Positions 32,221-41,720 are shown, counted from the stretch's first letter. The stretch is 64,000 nt of DNA from a virus (IMGVR_UViG_3300005264_000830:65405-129404), one strand, 5' to 3'. Program-made: numbers and translations. The notes: a model not told the origin generated them from the sequence alone.

Positions 32221-32515
32221 TGAAAATCAAAAAAAGATGTATACAGAAGATGCAATTAAGTATAACAAGGACTGCCGTGATTTTACTTGTCTTAATGATG
32301 GAACTATTTATAGGGAGTGTAAATACTGTAATTTAAGTTTACAGTGTAAACAGGTAGGTATGCTAGGAATAAACCCAATATCTATGGAGTCACATTATTG
32401 TCCAGTGGTCGATCCTACAACGCAAGAGATAGTAGAATGGGAGTATTATTGTACTGGAAAGTATGATACTAGGCCATTAAATGAACGTCAAGATGGTGAT
32501 GACAAAATATCATAA
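32213..32515 (+). CDS. Cys-rich hypothetical protein
   Basis: 100-aa ORF overlapping the upstream stop; CKYC plus further Cys. Confidence 0.55.
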   Translation: MSNENQKKMYTEDAIKYNKDCRDFTCLNDGTIYRECKYCNLSLQCKQVGMLGINPISMESHYCPVVDPTTQEIVEWEYYCTGKYDTRPLNERQDGDDKIS

Positions 32516-32523
32516 GGAATTTT

Positions 32524-32985
32524 ATGAATAACGGATTATACTCATTTAGAAAAATAGAAATTAATCAAGGATTTTTGGATAATATTTGGAAATTTGACCC
32601 TACTACTTTAGGGGCACTAGATGATTTAACTATTAGTAAATATTCTATTGCATTGGCACAGTATTTAATTTTTTTTAGGTCTGAATTAAATCAAACAAAA
32701 GCTACAATAGTTAAAAAGAAAAAACTATTGGACACTTCAATTTCGATGGCTACTACTACTACTTTACTAAAAAAATATAAAACTAAAGTGGCCACCACTG
32801 AATATTTAATTACTACCCTTCCTGAATTATCAAAACTTTCAGAAGAAATTTCTCAGTTACAGTCTGAGATTACTTATTTAGATGGTGTAGATAAGTCTAT
32901 AAGTGAATATATAGCTACGTTTAAGAGAGAATTAGGAAGACGTGAGAAAGAAATATTTGCAATTAGAGCAGAGAGGAGAATGTAA
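32524..32985 (+). CDS. Helical hypothetical protein, possibly a UvsY-like recombination mediator
   Basis: 153-aa coiled-coil-like ORF between recA and dnaB; function inferred from size and position only. Confidence 0.4.
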   Translation: MNNGLYSFRKIEINQGFLDNIWKFDPTTLGALDDLTISKYSIALAQYLIFFRSELNQTKATIVKKKKLLDTSISMATTTTLLKKYKTKVATTEYLITTLPELSKLSEEISQLQSEITYLDGVDKSISEYIATFKRELGRREKEIFAIRAERRM

Positions 32986-34397
32986 TGTCGATAGAGGAAG
33001 ATAAACAACTTTTTTTACGCCCCGCGGATGAGAGAACTTTATTGTCTTATTGTTTTCAAAGTACAGACTATTTGTATGACTTGGCTACTAAAGTATCTGA
33101 AAAGGATTTTCTTGCCAAAGAACATCAGATGTTATTTATGACTATGAATGGGTTACTACGTACCGGAGTGAATAAGATTGATATGACAATGGTAATTAAT
33201 CATGCCCAGGGTGGAGACATCATAGACACTATTGGTGGTGTAGGGTATGTACAATCTATAGGGAATATTGAGGCGTCACCTGAAAACTTTCAAACTTATG
33301 TTGATATCATTCTTGAGTCAAGCGCTAAATATCAAGCTTATAGGGCCTTAAAAAGACACATAGATAATATCAAAGGTAATGCTAAAGATGGAAAAACAAG
33401 TAAAGAATTAATTAGTAGCGTGGAAGCTGATATGTTAGATATGTCATCACTTTCAATGCTTAGCGAAGATCCTATACGTTTTGGAGATACTCTTGACGAG
33501 TATTTAGACGAAAGAAAAGATACAAAGATCGGAATGACTGGCATTTCAACAGGATATCCGGTTTTGGATAGACAAATAGATGGTATGATTCCTGGTACAT
33601 TAATGATTATTGCCGCAAGAAAGAAAATGGGGAAGAGTGCTTTTCTAACAAATATAGCTATACATAATGCGATTAGAGCGCAAGTTCCTACATTATATAT
33701 AGATACAGAATTAACATTTTTAGAGTGGCAGACTAGGGCTCTGGCAAGAATTTCAGGAATAAAAGAAAGAGATATTAAACATGGTGGGTACACTGATGAA
33801 CAACAAATAAAATTGAATAATGCTAAGATGGTGATAAAGGATAAAAAACTGTTCCATAAATATATGCCAGGGTACAGTGTTGAAAAGGTGGTATCTTTAT
33901 GTAAAAAATATAAGTTAAAAGAAGATGTAGGCTTGATCGTATTTGATTATCTAAAGGAGCCTGATTTATCTACTAATAATGATAATAGAAAAGAATATCA
34001 ACTGCTGGGGGATATAACTACTAAACTTAAAGATTTGGCTGGTACATTAGATATACCGGTACTAACTGCTGTACAATTAAATAGACAAAATAATATTGCA
34101 GATAGTGATAGAATAGCTAGGTTTGGAGATATTGTTGCAATTTGGGGTGCAAGGACTGAAGAAGAACAAAAAGAAACTGGTGAAGGCGCTGGTGATTACA
34201 AACTTCATATTAAAGATACACGACGTGGTGGAAGCACACAGAAGGGTGGTATAGGTTTCAGGTTTTTTAAAACTAGATTGGATATTAGAGAGATTAATCC
34301 TGCAGATCAGTATTATATTAATTACAGTGAAAAGGTGAGTGTTGACGATTTTGATGACGAAGCGTATGAACAAATGGTAGGAGATGAACTTGCATAA
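32985..34397 (+). CDS. dnaB: Replicative DNA helicase
   Basis: GISTGYPVLD, AARKKMGKS, IDTE, IVFDYL, AVQLNR motifs; N-terminal DF....HQ..F and IGG.GY. Confidence 0.92.
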   Translation: MSIEEDKQLFLRPADERTLLSYCFQSTDYLYDLATKVSEKDFLAKEHQMLFMTMNGLLRTGVNKIDMTMVINHAQGGDIIDTIGGVGYVQSIGNIEASPENFQTYVDIILESSAKYQAYRALKRHIDNIKGNAKDGKTSKELISSVEADMLDMSSLSMLSEDPIRFGDTLDEYLDERKDTKIGMTGISTGYPVLDRQIDGMIPGTLMIIAARKKMGKSAFLTNIAIHNAIRAQVPTLYIDTELTFLEWQTRALARISGIKERDIKHGGYTDEQQIKLNNAKMVIKDKKLFHKYMPGYSVEKVVSLCKKYKLKEDVGLIVFDYLKEPDLSTNNDNRKEYQLLGDITTKLKDLAGTLDIPVLTAVQLNRQNNIADSDRIARFGDIVAIWGARTEEEQKETGEGAGDYKLHIKDTRRGGSTQKGGIGFRFFKTRLDIREINPADQYYINYSEKVSVDDFDDEAYEQMVGDELA

Positions 34398-35356
34398 AAA
34401 TAACGACATTTCATTTAGGGAAAGAATAGACACTGTTAAACAGCTAGTGGACCCTTTATATGTGGTAGAAAATTTAGGGTTTAAGATAGAAAGCGAGACG
34501 GCTAAAGAAGTTAGATGCGCTTGTATAGTTCATGGAGGAGATAACAAAACGGCTTTTAAATTAAATAAAGATTTAAAAACTTGGTGCTGTTTTACGCATA
34601 AATGTAATGAACAATTTGGGAATGATATGTTTGGTCTTGTGAGATCGGTTAATAATTGTGGATTTATAGAAGCCCTTATTTATTTAGAAGAACTTACTGG
34701 CAGTGCAGGGGTTAGTAAAGACCAACTGATTGCGTATAAACGTAAAAGAGAAAGACAAGAGTTTATAAGATTGAATAGTACTAATGAAGATAAACCATCA
34801 ATAGTTGATGAAGAACGTTTAAAATACTATAAACTATATAGATCATCTTTTTTTGTGGATGAGGGGTTCGATACAGCAACTCTGGACCATTTTGAAATTG
34901 CTGGTGGGTACTCTGGTAATGATGGGCTAGTAAGAGATATAATACCGATATATGATGATAAAGATAAACTGGTAGCGTACAGTTTAAGGGATATAAGGCG
35001 GGACGTAATCGATACGGATAAAAAATATATTTTAACTCCTGGATTTGATAAAAATTCAGTATTGTATAATTTAAATAAGGCAAAAGTTATTACACATTTA
35101 CCATTGATAATAGTAGAAGGATTTAAAAGTGTTTGGAGATTATATGAGTTGGGAATACATAATGTAGTAGCTTGTATCGGTGCAGGAATTAGTAAAGGTG
35201 AGAAGATCATACGAATTATTAAAAAATAAAGTAGAAATATCTATGGAAATAATAACAGAAACAGATGAAAATGGTAAGGGGTTAGACCCTGCAGATTTAT
35301 CAAAAGAGCAATTAATGTATTACTTAAATAACTATATAGAAAAGGAGAAAAATTAA
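34384..35356 (+). CDS. dnaG: DNA primase (CHC2 zinc finger + TOPRIM), broken by an apparent deletion/frameshift near 35200
   Basis: CIVHGGDN...WCCFTHKC, IIPIYD, KY, LYNL and IIVEG motifs. The ORF stops at 35229, but the +1 frame 35201..35356 encodes RRSYELL...GLDPADL, the TOPRIM tail. The DxD strand is absent. Confidence 0.8.
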
Positions 35357-35358
35357 AA

Positions 35359-35556
35359 ATGAGCTGTGTATGTCAAAGATGTAAAAATAAATACAAAGTT
35401 GATATAATTATTCCTAATTTTTTATGGCAAAAAATAAAACCGCAAGATAAATCAAAAGAAGCAGGTTTATTATGTGGAAGATGTATATTTGATCGTATAG
35501 AATTATTAAATGAATATGCATCTTATAACTTGAAAAGAAATGAAAAGGAGAACTAA
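35359..35556 (+). CDS. Small zinc-binding protein
   Basis: CQRC...LW...LCGRC; SD AGGAG. Confidence 0.65.
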   Translation: MSCVCQRCKNKYKVDIIIPNFLWQKIKPQDKSKEAGLLCGRCIFDRIELLNEYASYNLKRNEKEN

Positions 35557-35558
35557 AC

Positions 35559-35885
35559 ATGAGTATCGTAGGCGAAAATTTTGTAACATTAGTAGGAAGT
35601 ATTTCAAGAGGTACATATAAGGAAGTAGGGCAGTTTAATACTGGTTTATTTAAGGGGAGCATTTCAATTCCAACTGTAAAGGGGCATAACCAATATATTA
35701 AAATTGCAGGATGGCAAGAAATAGCAGAAGCTTTGCGTGATACAAGTAATCAAGCAGTCATTAAGATACATGGGCATATAGAAGAGAGTAGTTATGATGG
35801 TAAATGTAAACACTGCCAAGCTCCTGAGAAGAAATATTGGACGGAAGTAGTTGTTGATAACTTTGTACCGGTGACGGAGGAGTAG
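35559..35885 (+). CDS. ssb: Single-stranded DNA-binding protein (OB fold) with a CxxC insert
   Basis: NFVTLVG, IAGW..AE, IHGHIEESSY and KYWTEVVVD follow the SSB pattern; SD AGGAG. Confidence 0.75.
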   Translation: MSIVGENFVTLVGSISRGTYKEVGQFNTGLFKGSISIPTVKGHNQYIKIAGWQEIAEALRDTSNQAVIKIHGHIEESSYDGKCKHCQAPEKKYWTEVVVDNFVPVTEE

Positions 35886-35886
35886 T

Positions 35887-36228
35887 ATGGAAGAGAAAAT
35901 TTTTAATGGCTTGCCGACGTTGTCATTGCTGCCGTTGGCAGAGACACAATTTAAGGTAGTAGATAAAATCAGTATAACTATCCCCAGAAGGGGAATATAC
36001 GAAGATCTACAGCCTAAAGTATTTAGTGAAGGAGATGGGGGTTTTGATATAGTAAATGATGCAAATATAATATATTTACCTTCAATAACTAAAGTATTAT
36101 TGGCCACAAATAAATATCCAACATTAAAACAAAACCAAGTATTTACCCCATTTTCTTTTGAATTTACTGATGACGAAGTAAAAATTCAAGGCAGTATACT
36201 AGAAATAATAAAAATAAAAGGAGTTTAG
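35887..36228 (+). CDS. Hypothetical protein
   Basis: 113-aa ORF; SD GGAGGAG. Confidence 0.65.
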   Translation: MEEKIFNGLPTLSLLPLAETQFKVVDKISITIPRRGIYEDLQPKVFSEGDGGFDIVNDANIIYLPSITKVLLATNKYPTLKQNQVFTPFSFEFTDDEVKIQGSILEIIKIKGV

Positions 36229-36229
36229 T

Positions 36230-36376
36230 ATGGAAACTATTGAAAGTACAGAGAAGGGTTTGTTAGATACGCTGCATAAATGTATTATGTGTAACTCTAC
36301 CGCATATAAAGTTGAGGATGGCAGGTACGAATGTAGTAAATGTAGTTTTGAATGGAGAGTATTAAGTTGTGAATAA
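36230..36376 (+). CDS. 48-aa zinc-ribbon protein (not in the ORF track)
   Basis: [48 protein letters not shown]; SD AGGAG; fills the gap before dnaJ. Confidence 0.65.
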   Translation: METIESTEKGLLDTLHKCIMCNSTAYKVEDGRYECSKCSFEWRVLSCE

Positions 36377-37160
36377 TAAAGACTATTATAAAATTCTAGG
36401 GGTGGGTAAAGATTCTTCTACAGGGGACATTAAAAAGGCTTACCGCAAACTTGCGATTAAATACCATCCAGATAAAAATCCAGATGATAGTAACGCTGAG
36501 GTTAAGTTTAAAGAGATTTCTGAAGCCTACGATGTATTAAGTGACGATGATAAGCGCAGTGCTTACGATAATCCTAATCCTCTTCATAATATGTTTGGCC
36601 ACTCTGGATTTAATCCATTTGACATATTTTCAGGCGCAACTCGTAGAGGCCCACGTCCAGAAAATCCTCCTATGAGAGGGAAAGATATTCAATTAATAAT
36701 AAATGTTTCTTTGTACACTTTACTGTGTGGAGGAAAAGAAAAATTTAAAATTTCTTACGATGATCCGTGCCAAACATGTAAAGGTAAGGGTGCTACAGAA
36801 TTTGAAACCTGTTCTACTTGTAATGGCAAAGGTATGTTTGTACGTCAACAGAGGATAGGTAATATTGCCACATCTTCTACTGCGCCATGTTCTAATTGTA
36901 GTGGAACTGGAAAATCACCTACTAATAAATGTGAGGATTGTAATGGGGCTGGTGTATTAAAAGTTAAAGATAAGGAACTTACTTTCATAGTACCTAAAAA
37001 TACAGTAGACGGCTCAATTCATACATTAGTAGGCAGAGGGACTAATGGTTTGAATGGAGGAAATCCAGGAAATGTAATTGTAAAAGTAGTTATGAAACGG
37101 CCCAATATAGATGAATTATCTGAGGAGGAAAAATCTGTATTAAAAAATATAAAATATTGA
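36369..37160 (+). CDS. dnaJ: DnaJ co-chaperone (J domain, four CxxCxGxG repeats, single C-terminal domain)
   Basis: [33 protein letters not shown]; four CxxCxGxG motifs; GTG start. Confidence 0.9.
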   Translation: MNNKDYYKILGVGKDSSTGDIKKAYRKLAIKYHPDKNPDDSNAEVKFKEISEAYDVLSDDDKRSAYDNPNPLHNMFGHSGFNPFDIFSGATRRGPRPENPPMRGKDIQLIINVSLYTLLCGGKEKFKISYDDPCQTCKGKGATEFETCSTCNGKGMFVRQQRIGNIATSSTAPCSNCSGTGKSPTNKCEDCNGAGVLKVKDKELTFIVPKNTVDGSIHTLVGRGTNGLNGGNPGNVIVKVVMKRPNIDELSEEEKSVLKNIKY

Positions 37161-37666
37161 GTTTAGATATTTCAGCTATTTCTACTGGTTGGGCTGTAGT
37201 ATCAAATAAAAATAATGATTATATATTTGGCACTATTAAAACTAAAACTGGGTTAGATACTTCTGAGAGGTTAAATGTATTTAGGATAAAACTATTAAGG
37301 TTGATGAAGAAATATAAACCAGCTGTAGTTATTTTAGAAGATACATTTGTAGGTAGGAATCCAAAAGTCAATAAATTATTATCTAAATTTGGAGGAGTAG
37401 CAGAACAGTTAGTATTTGAAATATTTGGGATGTCCCCTATTATAGTGAGTAATAAAACTGTTAAAGCCTTTTTTGGTACAAAGAAGAAAGAGAAATTATT
37501 TATAGTGATAGCTGATTTATTGGGGTGGGATACTAGTGAATGTACTTATAAAAAATATAATGACATGGCAGACGCATGTGCTCAAGCAATGTATGTGTGT
37601 GATGTATTACTGGAAATAAAATGTATAAGGGAAATAAAAGATTATGGCTACAAATTTAGATTATAA
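37157..37666 (+). CDS. ruvC: RuvC-like Holliday junction resolvase
   Basis: (KIL)SLDIS..STGWA, VILED and NDMADAC motifs; start codon uncertain. Confidence 0.75.
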   Translation: MSLDISAISTGWAVVSNKNNDYIFGTIKTKTGLDTSERLNVFRIKLLRLMKKYKPAVVILEDTFVGRNPKVNKLLSKFGGVAEQLVFEIFGMSPIIVSNKTVKAFFGTKKKEKLFIVIADLLGWDTSECTYKKYNDMADACAQAMYVCDVLLEIKCIREIKDYGYKFRL

Positions 37667-38003
37667 TGTATCGTCGCTTGCTAATTATGAAAAATTTAAG
37701 ATTACAGCATTAGACGCTATTATAGAACTTTTTAGTTCCGTTGGAATAGAGTTAAATAACGTTGTGAAACAATACACATTAGATTATATAGATACATTGG
37801 CAAAAGAGTATGAATTGACTAAAGGTTTACGTATAAGCACAGAGAGGTTCAAATTCGAAGAAGAAGACGAACCAGTAGAATATGTAAAATATGATGATGC
37901 AGTAAAAGTAATTAATGAAGTAATTGATAAACTTACACTATCTATAGTGCAATTAACGACTGTAGAAATAAGAAAATATTTGAATACAGAAGGAGTAAAA
38001 TGA
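37644..38003 (+). CDS. Hypothetical protein
   Basis: 119-aa ORF overlapping both neighbours. Confidence 0.55.
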   Translation: MATNLDYNVSSLANYEKFKITALDAIIELFSSVGIELNNVVKQYTLDYIDTLAKEYELTKGLRISTERFKFEEEDEPVEYVKYDDAVKVINEVIDKLTLSIVQLTTVEIRKYLNTEGVK

Positions 38004-39160
38004 AGACTATAAAATTAAGTGCGACTAGAATTAGTACTTTTTTAAGATGTAAAAGAAAATATTGGTTTCAATACGCAGAACATTTACCAAAACTTTCTAA
38101 TCCATCGTTTAAGCTTGGACTGGCTTGTCATGAGTCATTAGAATTAGCTGGCAAAATTTGGATAGAGAAAGGAAAATTTACAAAAGCTGATAGAAAGAAA
38201 ATTTTTGACTACTACGATAAAATCTCAGTACAAGAAGGTATAGAAGAGATGGCTATCCATGCTGAGGGAAAGAGGTTGGTTAAAAATAGAATTGATAATT
38301 TTTCGTTAGGTACTAAAATTATCAGTCTTGAGGAAAAATTTGGATTCCCAAAAGGAAATTTTCCAAATTTAAAAACAGACCTTGGGATTCCATTAATTGG
38401 AGCTATGGATAAAGTTATAGAATTAGATGAGGACTCGTTATTAGTAGTTGATTATAAGACATCCAAGACTGCTCCTACCCCAGATCAATTAAAGGAAGAT
38501 TTGCAGCTTTCTTTATATGATCTTGTTGCAAATATAATATGGCCACAGTATAAAAGGGTAGTATTATGTTTAGATATGCTTAGATCAGAGCCAGTATATA
38601 CGTATAGAACTCCTGAGCAGAGGGAAGATTTTAATAAGTACCTTGCTGTTGTGCATAAAGAAATGTCAAGCCTCACGGAAAAGGGGGCCCATTCTTCATT
38701 GAATACCTTTTGTCCTTGGTGTGATTTTAAAGACTATTGCAAAACATACGAAGAAGCGTGTACTAAATCAGGGTATGATTTTCTTCCATCATCAAAACTA
38801 ACTGACGATGAGTTGATAAAAGAGCATGAATTGGTAAAAGATACTGCTAAGATTCTAGACACACGAAAACGTGAATTAGCAATGTTGATAATGGAAAAGA
38901 TAAAACGTGGTGGCACTAATCTTGAAGGTAAGGATATAGAAATGTATCTTAGACAAAATGCTCGCACTAATTATGATGCAATATCAGTAGCTAAGGTAAT
39001 ACCAAAAGATGATTTCGCTACTATGGTAACATTAAGGAAAAAAGATGTAGACGCCTATTGTGCTAGACATCCTAAAGTGAAGAAACAAGTTGAAAAAAGT
39101 TCAACTACAAATTATACATCGCCATTTTTGGCAACAAAAAAAATAAAAAAGGAGAAGTAA
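38000..39160 (+). CDS. PD-(D/E)xK exonuclease, Cas4/AddB-like with Fe-S cysteines
   Basis: LSATRI..F..C.RKY, GAMDKV, VVDYKT, QL.LY and CPWCDFKDYC motifs. Confidence 0.85.
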   Translation: MKTIKLSATRISTFLRCKRKYWFQYAEHLPKLSNPSFKLGLACHESLELAGKIWIEKGKFTKADRKKIFDYYDKISVQEGIEEMAIHAEGKRLVKNRIDNFSLGTKIISLEEKFGFPKGNFPNLKTDLGIPLIGAMDKVIELDEDSLLVVDYKTSKTAPTPDQLKEDLQLSLYDLVANIIWPQYKRVVLCLDMLRSEPVYTYRTPEQREDFNKYLAVVHKEMSSLTEKGAHSSLNTFCPWCDFKDYCKTYEEACTKSGYDFLPSSKLTDDELIKEHELVKDTAKILDTRKRELAMLIMEKIKRGGTNLEGKDIEMYLRQNARTNYDAISVAKVIPKDDFATMVTLRKKDVDAYCARHPKVKKQVEKSSTTNYTSPFLATKKIKKEK

Positions 39161-40471
39161 ATGACTAAAAAAAAATTAAGTAAACAAATGAGGAATAAAA
39201 AAATTAAAGTATTGGCTTATTGTGATTCCCCAACATGTGCTACAGGGTTTGGTACAGTTTCAAGAAATATATTTGAAGCTTTATATAAAACTGGGAGATA
39301 TGATATTGATGTGTTAGGTATTAATTATTGGGGAGACCCTCATCAATTTCCATATAGAATATGGCCTACAGGGACTAACGCTCAGAAAGACCCATATGGA
39401 AGAGAGAAAGTGATGGCAATGATTCCGCAAATGGAATATGATATATTGTTTCTATTACAGGATACTTTTATATTGAACTTTGTTCCTAGGCTTTTAGAGC
39501 AGCTCAAAAGTGCCGGAAAAACTTTTAAATCTATCTGCTATTTTCCAATTGATGGTACACCAAAAGAAGATTGGATTAAGACGGTGAATTCTGTGGATAA
39601 TCTTGTAGCTTATTCTGAGTTTGGCAAAAGAATGGCTAAAGAAGCTTTTGTTGATGTACAAGAAATGCAAGTGATCCCGCATGGGGCCAATATAACTGAT
39701 TTTAAAGTACTCCCTAGTGTTGAAGTAGATGACTTTAAAAGAATGTATTTTGGTAAACATTTTGAAAAATTTATAGTTACAAATTTGAATAGAAATCAGC
39801 ATAGGAAAGACATCCCAAGAACTATTGCAGCATTTAAAGAATTTAGAAAAGAAGTTCCAGAGTCAATTTTATATCTACATATGGCAGCTCAAGACCAAGG
39901 ATGGAATCTACTTGAGGTAATAAAATCATATGGGTTTAATACAAATGATGATGTAATATTTCCAGAAAATTTTGGGCCAAATCAAGGGTATCCACGTGCT
40001 GTTGTAAATATGATTTACAATGCGTCAGACTTGGTAGTAAGTACTGCTTTAGGCGAAGGTATGGGAATGAGTTGGTTGGAAGCTATGGCTACTAAAACAC
40101 CAGTACTTATGCCTAACAATACAGCGATGACGGAATTTATTACTGAAGATAGAGGATACCTGTGTGATAGTGGTACTTCAGTAGGGCTTACTACAGTATT
40201 AGCTAACGATAATGAAGTTATACGCCCTCTCGTAGATGTAGATGACATGGCCAATAAAATGATAACTATTTATAATGATTATCCTGAAGCAGTAATTAGA
40301 GCGGAAAATGCGTATAAGTGGATAAAAAAATCAATGGATTGGCAAGGAAATATAGGCAGAGAATGGGTAAAATTATTCGATAAGGTATATAAAGAGTTAA
40401 TGGTAGAAAAAGTAGAAGGTTCCATTAAAGATGGTAATTCGAAAAAAGTTATTAAATCTGAAAGTTTATAG
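39161..40471 (+). CDS. GT-B (GT4-like) glycosyltransferase
   Basis: DSP...TGFG.V, VIPHG, NRNQHRKD, YNASDL.V....GEG.G...LEAMA..TPV motifs. Confidence 0.85.
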   Translation: MTKKKLSKQMRNKKIKVLAYCDSPTCATGFGTVSRNIFEALYKTGRYDIDVLGINYWGDPHQFPYRIWPTGTNAQKDPYGREKVMAMIPQMEYDILFLLQDTFILNFVPRLLEQLKSAGKTFKSICYFPIDGTPKEDWIKTVNSVDNLVAYSEFGKRMAKEAFVDVQEMQVIPHGANITDFKVLPSVEVDDFKRMYFGKHFEKFIVTNLNRNQHRKDIPRTIAAFKEFRKEVPESILYLHMAAQDQGWNLLEVIKSYGFNTNDDVIFPENFGPNQGYPRAVVNMIYNASDLVVSTALGEGMGMSWLEAMATKTPVLMPNNTAMTEFITEDRGYLCDSGTSVGLTTVLANDNEVIRPLVDVDDMANKMITIYNDYPEAVIRAENAYKWIKKSMDWQGNIGREWVKLFDKVYKELMVEKVEGSIKDGNSKKVIKSESL

Positions 40472-40499
40472 TTTACAAACTAAAAATATGTATTATATT
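40472..40499 (+). promoter_or_regulatory. Sigma70-like promoter TTTACA-N16-TATATT facing into the attC array
   Basis: Closely matches the 28902 element (TTKACAAAC-N8-TGTATTATATTA). Confidence 0.55.
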
Positions 40500-40513
40500 A
40501 TGTAATAAAAGTA

Positions 40514-40564
40514 AAATAATACCATAGTTCACCGGCTTTGTCCGGTGCAACTGATTGGTTATAA
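40514..40564 (-). repeat. attC-like site 1 (50 bp identical to site 2)
   Basis: Minus strand TTATAAC CAATCA GTTGCACC GGACAAAGCC GGTGAAC TATGGT ATTATTT; R' reads ATT instead of GTT. Confidence 0.7.
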
Positions 40565-40579
40565 GAAAGGAGTACTAGC

Positions 40580-40747
40580 ATGTTACATATAGATTACAAT
40601 GGAAATCCTATTGTAAAAACCCGTAAAGGGCGGTTTATGATTGATTATCATGTACAAAAGAAACACCCTATATTGTGTTTTATTCTTCGAATTGTAGTAA
40701 AACGGATTGGTAAAACTGCTCGTCACAGTCATCTACGATATATTTAG
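40580..40747 (+). CDS. 55-aa basic hypothetical protein, overlapping 40680..40880 in antisense
   Basis: SD AAGGAG, then MLHIDYNGNPIVKTRKGRFMIDYH...; not in the ORF track. Confidence 0.35.
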   Translation: MLHIDYNGNPIVKTRKGRFMIDYHVQKKHPILCFILRIVVKRIGKTARHSHLRYI

Positions 40748-40880
40748 TATTAATTACTTTATAGGTTCGATGTTGTACTGGATTCTGGTGATAAATAATA
40801 TCTCCTTCTTTCATTGGAGTATTAGAATTAATTGAGTTTGGTACTGGTTCAATGCCTTCAGTTTCGAAACGGATTTCCAT
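40680..40880 (-). CDS. Cassette-borne hypothetical protein (small beta-barrel-like)
   Basis: SD AAGGAG upstream on the minus strand; lies between attC2 and attC1. Confidence 0.6.
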   Translation of the reverse strand: MEIRFETEGIEPVPNSINSNTPMKEGDIIYHQNPVQHRTYKVINTKYIVDDCDEQFYQSVLLQFEE

Positions 40881-40921
40881 TAGGTTCTCCTTTTAGTGCT
40901 GTAAAAAAATTAATTAATTAA

Positions 40922-40972
40922 AAATAATACCATAGTTCACCGGCTTTGTCCGGTGCAACTGATTGGTTATGA
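40922..40972 (-). repeat. attC-like site 2
   Basis: TCATAAC CAATCA GTTGCACC...GGTGAAC TATGGT ATTATTT; begins 5 nt after the stop of 40978..41175. Confidence 0.7.
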
Positions 40973-40977
40973 AAGGA

Positions 40978-41175
40978 TTATTTATGCATAGAACCAACGT
41001 GAGAAGCAGCGTTAGATTTAGCGGAAAGTACAGCACTTTCTTCGTCGATACAGGGTTTGCTACTGCTGCCTGTCATACCACATTGGCATTTCCAATAACC
41101 AAAGAAACTGCCTTTGTTTTCTTCTACAGTAATTTTGAAAATAATACTCTGAAATTCATAGGAGGTGATTAGCAT
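40978..41175 (-). CDS. Cassette-borne small protein with CxC...HxxxxH (possible zinc binding)
   Basis: Preceded by GTTATAA-GAAAGGGG (core site + SD) and followed by attC2. Confidence 0.6.
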   Translation of the reverse strand: MLITSYEFQSIIFKITVEENKGSFFGYWKCQCGMTGSSSKPCIDEESAVLSAKSNAASHVGSMHK

Positions 41176-41368
41176 GTTTGAGCCCCTTTCTTATAACCCT
41201 TATAAAGAGTTTATTGGAAGAACAATTAAAGATATTAAATATTATGGCCAGTGGGCCGATTTAGAGTTTGAGGATGGTACCAAAGCTTCTATAGACATAG
41301 GTATACCTGGCACTCTGTCACAAGAACAGAAAGACCAGCTTTTTATTAGTGGAACTTTTTTTAATTAA
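41174..41368 (+). CDS. 64-aa hypothetical protein
   Basis: SD GGAGGTG, ATG at 41174 (MFEPLSYNPYKEFIGRTIKDI...LEFEDGT); ends just before attC3. Confidence 0.6.
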   Translation: MFEPLSYNPYKEFIGRTIKDIKYYGQWADLEFEDGTKASIDIGIPGTLSQEQKDQLFISGTFFN

Positions 41369-41371
41369 GAA

Positions 41372-41420
41372 ATATAACTTCCAAGTTGAGCGGTTTATCC
41401 GCTCCAGCTTGTGGTTATTG
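41372..41420 (-). repeat. attC-like site 3
   Basis: CAATAAC CACAA GCTGGAGC GGATAAACC GCTCAAC TTGGAA GTTATAT: canonical 7-5-8...7-6-7 spacing. Confidence 0.8.
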
Positions 41421-41438
41421 TTTAGAGTTAAACAAGGA

Positions 41439-41480
41439 AAGTGGAGTATTCAGAGAAGGTTCTCTCTTAGTACTCCACTT
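41439..41480 (-). terminator. Strong hairpin downstream of the 26-aa peptide gene
   Basis: AAGTGGAGTA (41439-41448) pairs with TACTCCACTT (41471-41480), with an inner AGAGAA/TTCTCT stem. Confidence 0.55.
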
Positions 41481-41493
41481 GGATTGCTACTGA

Positions 41494-41574
41494 TTACCGC
41501 ATAATTTGGTAAATGATGATTATCAAATTAATTACAGCAACTAGTAGTTTTAGGAGTACTATAAAATCTATCAT
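41494..41574 (-). CDS. 26-aa hydrophobic peptide, candidate type I toxin
   Basis: MIDFIVLLKLLVAVINLIIIIYQIMR; SD AAGGAGG; long structured UTRs with 5'-3' complementarity. Confidence 0.65.
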   Translation of the reverse strand: MIDFIVLLKLLVAVINLIIIIYQIMR

Positions 41575-41720
41575 ATAGATTCTCCTCCTTATGTCTCGAC
41601 ATACTACAAATTTGAAGTACAAGGACAAAACATTTCAAATTTTATCGATGAAATAAAGGCAATCCATCCTTGTTTAATTAACTACTATATTACTATTAAT
41701 ACTTTGTACAGTAATATAGA

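Noticed and set aside
37120-37160. DnaJ-RuvC translational fusion
   Set aside because: The KILSLDIS frame has no upstream ATG, but a non-canonical start or a small assembly deletion explains this as well; no positive evidence for fusion.
38000-39160. Cas4-like nuclease as part of a CRISPR-Cas system
   Set aside because: Solo Cas4/AddB-like nucleases are common in phage replication modules, and there are no other cas genes or arrays here.
40513-40970. Two identical 50-bp palindromic repeats read as a CRISPR array
   Set aside because: Only two copies, 358 bp apart with ORFs between them; the geometry fits attC and no cas operon is present.
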